64,000 nt of DNA from an uncultured bacterium. Its GTDB lineage: Bacteria > Krumholzibacteriota > Krumholzibacteriia > JACNKJ01. Within the stretch, counting starts at the first letter, position 1, and every line of letters begins with the position of its first letter. The stretch is from assembly GCA_963695095.1 (NCBI GenBank), contig CAVOFT010000001.1, positions 2,816,001-2,880,000 of the forward strand, in the 5' to 3' direction. The notes beneath the pieces were generated by a model. It searched no databases. It was not told the origin of the DNA and saw only the letters and a list, made by a program, of their open reading frames with translations. The position numbers were made by a program, and so were the translations under genes. Shown one piece after another: positions 12,166 through 19,625 of the stretch.

Positions 12166-12258
12166 GCCCCCCTATTGCGCGGCCCCGGCTCGGCTGCTAG
12201 CTTATCCGCGTTCCCTATCCGCTTTTCCCGCTTCACCCAATGCCCAGGACGGATGACC

Positions 12259-13380
12259 ATGGCAGACAAGACCGCCGATCTCGCCGGACCCGGCGTCAGC
12301 ACCTACGAGGAAGTCGCGAAGGCGCTCCCCGTCGGCTACAAGTCCGTGCTCACTCCCAACGAGACGCAGAAGGCCCTCTACGCCGTGAAGCGCGCGATCG
12401 AGGACGGGCTGGCCCGCGAGCTCAACGTGATGCTGGTGCAGTGCCCGCTGATCCTCGACAAGCACAGCGGCATGAACGACTACCTGGACCGCGACGGCTC
12501 GCGCACGCCGGTGGACTTCCTGGCCGGCCTCGGCCTGCCCCAGCGCATGGAAGCGCAGGTGGTGCAGGCGGCCACCAAGTGGAAGCGCTTCGCGCTGAAG
12601 CAGTACGGCTGCCAGGTCGGCGAGGGCATCAACACGGACATGCGCGCCGTGCGCAAGGACTACTTCCTGGACCACGACCACAGCAGCTACGTGGACCAGT
12701 GGGACTGGGAGCGCGTGATCACGGCCAAGGACCGCAACCTCGAGTTCCTCACCATGATCGTCAAGAAGATCTGGAAGGTGCTCGTCGAGGCCGAGGATCT
12801 CGCCCACGACATGTACCCGCAGCTGGACAAGTACGAGAAGATGCCCCGCGAGCTGGTCTTCCTGCACGCCGAGGAGATCCTCGAGCGCTATCCCGACCTG
12901 CCGCGCAAGCAGCGCGAGACGAACATCATCCAGGAGCACCCGGCGATCTTCATCTACGGTATCGGCCACACGCTGGCCGACGGCTACCCCCACGAGATGC
13001 GCGCCGCCGACTACGACGACTGGGTCACGCCCAGCGTGGTCAAGAAGGGCGTGCAGATGCACGGCCTCAACGGCGACATCCTGGTGTGGAACAAGATCAC
13101 GCATCGGCGCCACGAGCTGAGCAGCATGGGCATCCGCGTCACCAAGGAAACGCTCAAGGAGCAGCTCAAGATCACCGGGCAGGAGCACTTCCTCAAGATG
13201 CCCTACCACAAGATGATCCTGAACGACGAGATCCCGCTGAGCATCGGCGGCGGGCTCGGCCAGAGCCGCATCTACAGCTACATCCTCAAGAAGGCCGCCC
13301 TCGGCGAGGTGAGCGTGACGATCTGGCCCGAGCAGCTGCACAAGATCTGCGCGGAGAAGAACATCCACCTGCTGCGCTAG
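12259..13380 (+). CDS. asnA: Aspartate--ammonia ligase (asparagine synthetase A)
   Basis: VVQAATKWKR, HSSYVDQWDWERVI, RAADYDDW, GLNGDILVW, ELSSMGIRV and SIGGGLGQSR signatures. Alternative start at 12253. Confidence 0.93.
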   Translation: MADKTADLAGPGVSTYEEVAKALPVGYKSVLTPNETQKALYAVKRAIEDGLARELNVMLVQCPLILDKHSGMNDYLDRDGSRTPVDFLAGLGLPQRMEAQVVQAATKWKRFALKQYGCQVGEGINTDMRAVRKDYFLDHDHSSYVDQWDWERVITAKDRNLEFLTMIVKKIWKVLVEAEDLAHDMYPQLDKYEKMPRELVFLHAEEILERYPDLPRKQRETNIIQEHPAIFIYGIGHTLADGYPHEMRAADYDDWVTPSVVKKGVQMHGLNGDILVWNKITHRRHELSSMGIRVTKETLKEQLKITGQEHFLKMPYHKMILNDEIPLSIGGGLGQSRIYSYILKKAALGEVSVTIWPEQLHKICAEKNIHLLR

Positions 13381-13412
13381 GCGCGCCGACAACGCAGGAC
13401 CGGCAACGAAAG

Positions 13413-13458
13413 GCCCTTCCGCTCGACTCCGCACTGCGTGAGTCGCTCGCGGAAGGGC
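13413..13458. terminator. Hairpin between convergent asnA and gatD
   Basis: gcccttccgc..gactc..gagtc..gcggaagggc inverted repeat. Confidence 0.6.
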
Positions 13459-13659
13459 TCTCTGCCGTCTGCCCCGCACGGCGCCGCCGCCTAGCGCAGC
13501 GCGCGGGCGAGGCGGCTCGTTGTGTACACGTGTACACTTCGCCTCGACGGAGGCATGAGTGCTGCCGTGGCCGCATCGCGGTGCAGCCGGCGGCGCATCA
13601 GGCGGGCGGCCTGCCTGCCACCTGCCCCCGGGGGCGACTCCCCCACGCAGCCCCGAGGA

Positions 13660-15114
13660 TCACTTCCGGTGATCGCGCACGAAGGCCTCGAGCTCGGGCA
13701 GCCCGCCCTGGAAGACCAGGTAGCCGTCGTGCGTCTCCCGCTCGGTGATGTCGTCGGCCACCGGCGTCGTCATGATGCGGCGGACCTCCTCGAGCTCATC
13801 GCTCTGCCCCAGGGCCCAGCCCAGCTTCATGTAGGCCACCTCGGGCAGCATGTTGGCCAGCGGCGTCACTCCCATCTCCATGATCTCGCGGCCGGTCTCG
13901 TAGACGTACATCTGCACGTAACCCCAGAGCGTCTGCACGGTCATGAAGACGCCCACCCCGGCCGCCCGCGCCCGCTCGATCGCCGGGTAGATGGGCCGGT
14001 TCACGTGCCCCAGCCCCGTGCCCGCGATGACGATGCCACGGTAGCCATGCTCGACGAGCGCGTCGATGACGTCCGCCTTCATCCCCGGGTAGTAGTAGAC
14101 GATCGCTGCCCGGTCGTCGAAGACGGGCGTCACCCGGAATTCCGCGAGCGCGGACGCCTTGGCCTCCGGGCGCCGCCCCTCCACGGCCGTGCGGAAGCGG
14201 CGCGGGTTGTAGTCCTGCCGGATGGGATGCACGCCCTCGCGGCTCACGGTGGCCAGCGGCGTGTCGCTCAGCGAGCGAAAGGTGCTGCGGTAGCTCGAGT
14301 GCATCTTGCGCACGCGGGTGCCCCGGTGGAGCAGGCCGTACTGGTCGCTGGTCGGCCCGAACATGCAGACCATCACCTCGGCGATGTCGCCCTGCCCCGC
14401 GGTCACCGCCGCGTGGATCAGGTTCAGCGCGGCGTCGGAGCTGGGGCGGTCGCTGCTGCGCTGGCTGCCCACCATCACGATGGGCACGGGCGGGTTCTGC
14501 AGCATGAAGCTGAGCACGGCCGCCGTGTGGGACATCGTGTCCGTGCCGTGGCCGATGACGATGCCGTCGGCCCCCGCGCGAATCGCGCTCTCCACGGCCA
14601 GCGCGGTGCCGATCCACTGCTCGGGGCCCATGTTCTCGCTGAAGACGCCGTAGAGCTTCTCGGTCTCCAGGTTGCAGACGTCCGCCAGCTCGGGCACGGA
14701 GCCGTAGAGCTCGCCCGGCGTGAAGGCGGGAATCACGGCCCCCGTGCGGTAGTCCAGGCGGCTGGCGATGGTGCCGCCCGTGCCGAAGAGCTTCACGAAG
14801 GGCTTGCCGGCGTCGCGCGGGAAGGCCTGCTCGGGAATCTTGTAGCGCGCCTCCTTGCGGCCCAGCTCGGTCAGGCGAATCACCGTGTCCGCATGGAGGC
14901 CCACGTTGTAGCCGCTGGCGAGCTTGAGCACGAGGTGATCGGCATCCGCGGTCACGCTGCGGGGCAGGATGATGCCGCGGAAGCGGCCCTGGCTGGTCTC
15001 GGCATCCACATCGCTCCAGACGCCGACGCCTTCCCGCTCGAGCAGGGCGCGGCCCGCCCCGCGATAGCCCTTGAAGCGCTCCTCGCTCGCGTTGGGATTC
15101 ACGGGCTCGCTCAT
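13660..15114 (-). CDS. gatD: Glutamyl-tRNA(Gln) amidotransferase subunit D (archaeal type)
   Basis: GatD-specific N-domain (GIILPRS..D..HLVLKLASGYNVG) followed by a type-I asparaginase core: GTGGTIASRLDYRTG, HGTDTM, GSQRSSDRPSSD, RVRKMHSS, GTGLGH, MLPEVAYMKLGW. ATG overlaps the gatE stop (ATGA). Confidence 0.92.
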   Translation of the reverse strand: MSEPVNPNASEERFKGYRGAGRALLEREGVGVWSDVDAETSQGRFRGIILPRSVTADADHLVLKLASGYNVGLHADTVIRLTELGRKEARYKIPEQAFPRDAGKPFVKLFGTGGTIASRLDYRTGAVIPAFTPGELYGSVPELADVCNLETEKLYGVFSENMGPEQWIGTALAVESAIRAGADGIVIGHGTDTMSHTAAVLSFMLQNPPVPIVMVGSQRSSDRPSSDAALNLIHAAVTAGQGDIAEVMVCMFGPTSDQYGLLHRGTRVRKMHSSYRSTFRSLSDTPLATVSREGVHPIRQDYNPRRFRTAVEGRRPEAKASALAEFRVTPVFDDRAAIVYYYPGMKADVIDALVEHGYRGIVIAGTGLGHVNRPIYPAIERARAAGVGVFMTVQTLWGYVQMYVYETGREIMEMGVTPLANMLPEVAYMKLGWALGQSDELEEVRRIMTTPVADDITERETHDGYLVFQGGLPELEAFVRDHRK

Positions 15115-17051
15115 CGCCGCTCCTTTCCCGGCGCCGATCCGGTGGTCACCGTCTGCAGCGCGAGCTGCGCGGCCAGGCGCGCGCCCGCGCAGCTCACGCC
15201 GAGGCTCTCGCGCAGGCGACCGAGGCGATAGCGCCCCAGGCTCCCCTCTGCGAGCGGCCGCGCGGGGGGCGACATCGCGGCAAGGGCCGCGGCCACCCGC
15301 GCCGCCAGGGCGGCGTCGTCCAGGGGCGGCGGCGGCACGGGCCGCTCCTGGCCGCCGCTCCGCGCCCAGCGGGCGAGGGCGCCGCGGTCCGCCTCGCGCG
15401 GCGCGCGGGCGAGAAAGTCGGGCAGCCAGACCAGGCCGGCCGGATCGGGCATGGCCAGACCCTCGCGCTCGAGCGCCCGCCAGTGAGCGGTGAGGAGGAT
15501 GGCCAGGCGCCGGAGGCCGGGGCCGTCCGGCGCCAGCGCTTCGGCCAGGGCGAGGAAGGCCTTGGCCCGGCCCTGGCGCTGGAGCTGGCCGGCCAGCTCG
15601 GCGCCCAGGCCGGTGGCAGCGAGAGCCGCCTCCTCCTCCCAGGGACGCGGGGGCAGCGCGGCGCCGATGCTGTTCCAGTCCGCGATGGGCAGCGGCAGGG
15701 GCGGCAGATCCGTGTCCGGGTACATGCGATCCGGGCCGGGCAGCACGCGCTCGAAGCGCGTGGTGCCGTCCGGCTGCGACTGCCTCGTCTCGCGGGGCAC
15801 ACCGGTCAGGGCTTCCTGGGCGCGCAGCTCGATCTCGCCGAGCGCCGTCTCCAGGTCGCGGGCGCCGCCCCAGACCATGAGGATGGGCGGGTCCTCGCCG
15901 ATGCCCAGCACCTGCCGCACGCGCTGCCACTCGCTCCAGGTGGGCCCGTCGTCGAGCTGCTCGCTGGAGACGAGGTTGGGATTGCGGTCCAGGCAGGCGA
16001 CCACGCGCACGCGGTCGCGGAACTCGCTCAGGAAGCGTACGCCCGGCTGCACCTCGCGGCGCAGCACCCCCTCGAAGCCGGGCAGGGCGATGGCGCCCAG
16101 GCGGTCGCCTCGCGCCAGGGCCTTCTGCACCGGGCGATACTGGCAGGTCTTGAACAGCCCCGACACCTCGGCGCGCAGGCCCTGGTAGCCCAGGGCGGGC
16201 AGGCCGCGCTCGACGAGCAGCTCGCGAATGTCCAGCAGGCTCTTCTGGCGCAGGGCCTCGTTGTGCACCAGGCGGCCGATGACGGGGATGCGGCTCACGC
16301 CCTTGATCTCGATGCGCGTGCCGCCGCGCACGCTGACGTTGACATCCTGCCGCGAAGCGCCCGCCCCGCGGCGCACCTTGCCCGTGATGCGGGTGAGGCG
16401 CCGCACCGCCTGGGCGGCGGCCTCCACCTCGGCGGGCGTGGCCAGCTCGGGAGCGGTGACCACCTCGATCAGGGGCATGCCCAGACGGTCGGTGCGGTAG
16501 CAGCGCAGGTGGCCCTGGTCCGAGAGCTCGCGGCTGGAGTCCTCCTCGATGCTGAGCTGCAGCACGCCCAGCGGGCGGCCGCTGGCGGGCAGGCTGCCCT
16601 GCACGCCGAGAATCGCCGTGCGCTGGAAGCCCGCCGGGATCGAGCCGTCCAGGTACTGCTTGCGCATCACGTGCAGCTCGCCCACGGGCTGCAGGCCCAG
16701 CAGCAGGGTGATCTCCATGGCGATGGCCAGGGCCTCGGGGTCGATGGCGAAGGGCGGCGCGTCGTCCATCTCGTAGGTGCAGACGCTGGCCTTGTTCAGC
16801 CGGTAGAGGATCTCCTTGCGCGTCTTGAATTCCATGAGCGCCGTGCCGTCGTACTCGCCAAGCTCGGAGAGCGTGGGCCGCATGTGGCGCAGGATCTCGG
16901 CGTCGAAGGCGTCGCTGTAGAGCCCGGCCGGGCAGCGGCAGAAGAGCTTGCGCCGGGTCAGGAGCTGGACGTGCACCTCCAGGCCGGCCACGAGGCCCAG
17001 GGCGGCATAGTCGTCGGCACTGAGCGTGCCGTACTCGGGCAGTTGCGACAT
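15111..17051 (-). CDS. gatE: Glutamyl-tRNA(Gln) amidotransferase subunit E (archaeal type)
   Basis: DYAALGLVAGLEVHVQL..RKLFCRCP, LSELGEYD, DGS..GFQRTA, EED, DRLGMPLIEV, RQDVNVS, EIKGV, an AspRS-like insertion (LPGFEGVL..EVQPG) and ETR..PDG.T.F.R.LPG..RMYP.TD.PP. ggag RBS before the ATG at 17051. Confidence 0.92.
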   Translation of the reverse strand: MSQLPEYGTLSADDYAALGLVAGLEVHVQLLTRRKLFCRCPAGLYSDAFDAEILRHMRPTLSELGEYDGTALMEFKTRKEILYRLNKASVCTYEMDDAPPFAIDPEALAIAMEITLLLGLQPVGELHVMRKQYLDGSIPAGFQRTAILGVQGSLPASGRPLGVLQLSIEEDSSRELSDQGHLRCYRTDRLGMPLIEVVTAPELATPAEVEAAAQAVRRLTRITGKVRRGAGASRQDVNVSVRGGTRIEIKGVSRIPVIGRLVHNEALRQKSLLDIRELLVERGLPALGYQGLRAEVSGLFKTCQYRPVQKALARGDRLGAIALPGFEGVLRREVQPGVRFLSEFRDRVRVVACLDRNPNLVSSEQLDDGPTWSEWQRVRQVLGIGEDPPILMVWGGARDLETALGEIELRAQEALTGVPRETRQSQPDGTTRFERVLPGPDRMYPDTDLPPLPLPIADWNSIGAALPPRPWEEEAALAATGLGAELAGQLQRQGRAKAFLALAEALAPDGPGLRRLAILLTAHWRALEREGLAMPDPAGLVWLPDFLARAPREADRGALARWARSGGQERPVPPPPLDDAALAARVAAALAAMSPPARPLAEGSLGRYRLGRLRESLGVSCAGARLAAQLALQTVTTGSAPGKERR

Positions 17052-17256
17052 CGGGGGCTCCGGAAAAGAGGGAAGCGCTGCAGCCCCGCAAGGTACAGGA
17101 CCCGACCGGGCTTTTCCAGCCTCCTGCCGACCGGAGTTTCGCTTGCCTCGCAAACTCATGGGGGGGAGCCACATGGCTCCCACTTCGCGCTTCCGGCCGC
17201 GACTTTCGGATGACGACGGAGCGCCGCCCTGCTAGGCTGCGCGCGGGAGGATTATC

Positions 17257-18045
17257 GTGCGCAGCCTGAACCTGTCCCCCTTCTGGCGCTGGGCCATCGC
17301 CCTCGTGCTCGCTCTCGCCGGGCTCTTCGCCCAGCGCATGCTCTCCAGCAAGCTGCCCCTCGCCGTGCTCGTCGACTGGGAAGGCCGCCAGGTGACTGCC
17401 GAGCTCGCCCGCAGCCACGTCGGCCCGGGCGGCCAGCGCTTGAGCGTCCAGGGCCTCGATGCCAACTGGACGGGCGAGCTGATCTGGCGGCCGGCCGGCG
17501 AGGGCAACTTCACGCGCATGGCCCTGCGCAATCTGGGCAGCCTCATCACGGGCGAAATCCCGGCGCAAGCGCGGGGCGCGCAGGTGGAGTACCGGATCGA
17601 GATCACGACACCGCGCGGGCTGCTGCGGCTGCCTGCCCACGGCACCGTGATCACGCAGTTCCGGGGCGCGGCGCCGCTGTGGGTGAGCCTGCCGCATATC
17701 GTGTTGCTCGCGTTGGGCTTGCTGCTGGCGATGCGCGCGGGCATGGAGGCCCTCGCCCTGGGCGATCACGCGCTGGGTTTCGCCAGCGGCAGCCTGCTGG
17801 CCTTCCTCGGCGGCGGCCTCATCCTGGGCCCGCTGATGAAGCACCATGCCTATGGGTTCCTCTGGGCGGGGCCGCCGCAAGGCCTGGACAGCACCGACAC
17901 CAAGACCCTGATCCTGGTGCTCGCCTGGCTGCTGCCGTTCCTGCTCCGGGCCCGCGGCCGGCGCGTGCGGCGCTGGATCCTTCTCGCCGCTGCTCTGAGC
18001 CTGGCCGCCTTCCTCATCCCCCATAGCAGCTTCGGCCCGGCCTGA
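17257..18045 (+). CDS. Conserved hypothetical membrane protein
   Basis: ggagg RBS then GTG. N-terminal TM, small soluble domain and about 4 C-terminal TM helices. Confidence 0.7.
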   Translation: MRSLNLSPFWRWAIALVLALAGLFAQRMLSSKLPLAVLVDWEGRQVTAELARSHVGPGGQRLSVQGLDANWTGELIWRPAGEGNFTRMALRNLGSLITGEIPAQARGAQVEYRIEITTPRGLLRLPAHGTVITQFRGAAPLWVSLPHIVLLALGLLLAMRAGMEALALGDHALGFASGSLLAFLGGGLILGPLMKHHAYGFLWAGPPQGLDSTDTKTLILVLAWLLPFLLRARGRRVRRWILLAAALSLAAFLIPHSSFGPA

Positions 18046-18072
18046 GTCCGGCCTGCCGCCCAAGGAGTCGCC

Positions 18073-18474
18073 GTGAAGGACATGCTCGAGGAGATCTTCG
18101 CGATGCAGCGGGAGCTGAACCGCTACACGCTGGCCCAGAACGGGCAGGGCGACTACGAGGCCATTCCCGGCGATCGCGGGCTGCAGAACACCTGGGTGCG
18201 CAACTATGCGCTCGCCATGAACCAGGAGATCGCCGAGCTCGTCGATTCCACGAACTGGAAGTGGTGGCGCACGAAGGTGGACCTCTTCGACGAGCAGAAC
18301 CTGCGCGTCGAGCTGGTGGACATCCTCCATTTCTGGGTGAGCGCCTGCCAGGTGATGGGCCTCTCGGCCGCCGACGTCCACCGCATGTACCTGCAGAAGA
18401 ATGCCGTCAACCGGCGCCGCCAGGATGCGGGCTATCTCGAGAAGGACGAGGCGGACAACCGCGGCATCGGCTAG
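18073..18474 (+). CDS. Dimeric (all-alpha) dUTPase family protein
   Basis: EIAELV..NWKWW, ELVDILHF and Y.QKN.VN..RQ..GY motifs; aaggag RBS. Confidence 0.85.
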   Translation: MKDMLEEIFAMQRELNRYTLAQNGQGDYEAIPGDRGLQNTWVRNYALAMNQEIAELVDSTNWKWWRTKVDLFDEQNLRVELVDILHFWVSACQVMGLSAADVHRMYLQKNAVNRRRQDAGYLEKDEADNRGIG

Positions 18475-18989
18475 TGCGTCCTGACGACGATGTAGACGGC
18501 GATGCCCATGCCCACCGAGACCTTGAACAGGCTGGCCAGCAGCTTGCCGAGGAAGGCGCCCCAGCCCGCGCGCAGGGCCTCGGCGTCCACGCGCCGGCGA
18601 TGCCAGGCCTCCAGCAAGACGGCGCCCGCGCCCGCGCCGAGAAAGGCCCCGACCAGGGTGCCGACCAGGGGCAGGATGGCCGAGCCGATCAGCGAGCCGG
18701 CGATCCCGCCCAGGAAAGCCCCACCGACGCCCCACCAGGAGGCGCCGTAGCGCTTGACCATCGCCGCGCCGAGCAGGGACTCCACCAGCTCGGCCAGCAA
18801 CACCGCGCCCAGCATCGCGAGCAGGGCCACCCAGCCGATCGCCGCGAAGTGCCCCAGCCAGGCCGCGAGCAGGGCCAGCCCGAGCAGGATGAAATTGCCC
18901 GGCAGGCCCAAGGGCACGAGGATCAGGCAAGTCAGGAGCCCCAGGTCCAGCAGGACCAGGCCCAGGATCTTCAGCGACGCATCCCACAT
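18471..18989 (-). CDS. DUF456 family membrane protein
   Basis: GLPG, KRYGAS.WG..GA..G and G..VGAFLGA pattern; hydrophobic. Alternative start at 18995. Confidence 0.8.
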   Translation of the reverse strand: MWDASLKILGLVLLDLGLLTCLILVPLGLPGNFILLGLALLAAWLGHFAAIGWVALLAMLGAVLLAELVESLLGAAMVKRYGASWWGVGGAFLGGIAGSLIGSAILPLVGTLVGAFLGAGAGAVLLEAWHRRRVDAEALRAGWGAFLGKLLASLFKVSVGMGIAVYIVVRTH

Positions 18990-19116
18990 GGCCATCTCCC
19001 GGCAGGGTGTCGGTGGGCAGTCTAGCGGGCGCGGGCGCCGGGCTCAAGCCGAGCACCCTTGCCCTGCCGGAGATGACCTGCTTGACTGAGCCCTGTCCCC
19101 GCCCTCGGAGGTATCC

Positions 19117-19554
19117 ATGCCTCGCCTCACGCTCGCGCCGCTGCCCGCCTACGACTTCGCCTGCACCCTCGCCGTGCGCACGACGGATCTGAACTATGGC
19201 GGCCACCTGGGCAACGATCGCCTCCTGGCCCTCGTCCAGGAGGCGCGCGTGGCCTTCCTCGCCGCGCGCGCGCTGAGCGAGCTCGACGCCGGCGGGCCCA
19301 GCCTCATCATGGCCGACGCCGCCATCGTCTATCAGGGCGAGGCCTTTGCCGGCGACCTGCTGCGCTTCGAAGTGGCGGCACGCGAGCCCGGGCGAGTCGG
19401 GTTTCGCCTCTTCACCCGCGTCACGCGGCCGGCCGACGGCGCCGCCATCGCTCTCGTGGAAATCGGCATGGTCTGCTTCGACTATCGCTCGCGCCGAGCT
19501 CAGCCCCTCACCCCGGCCCTCCATGCCCTCTGCGCAGCCCCAGCCGGGACCTGA
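19117..19554 (+). CDS. Hotdog-fold acyl-CoA thioesterase (4HBT family)
   Basis: VRTTDLNYGGHLGND...QEAR motif; ggagg RBS. Confidence 0.85.
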   Translation: MPRLTLAPLPAYDFACTLAVRTTDLNYGGHLGNDRLLALVQEARVAFLAARALSELDAGGPSLIMADAAIVYQGEAFAGDLLRFEVAAREPGRVGFRLFTRVTRPADGAAIALVEIGMVCFDYRSRRAQPLTPALHALCAAPAGT

Positions 19555-19625
19555 GCCGAGCATTTTTCCAGGCCTCGTGACAGAGCAGTGACAACGAGTT
19601 AGGGCGTATTTCCTACTATTTCGCC

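Noticed and set aside
13660..19563. 1967-aa minus-strand ORF
   Set aside because: Only its last 484 aa (GatD) are real. The rest is a stop-free, off-frame read-through typical of ~70% GC DNA, overlapping gatE and other genes.
19599..19616. TTAGG-N8-CCTAC as a DtxR/IdeR-type iron box upstream of the heme receptor
   Set aside because: The spacing is one base short of the 19-bp consensus and the match is weak, so it cannot be supported.
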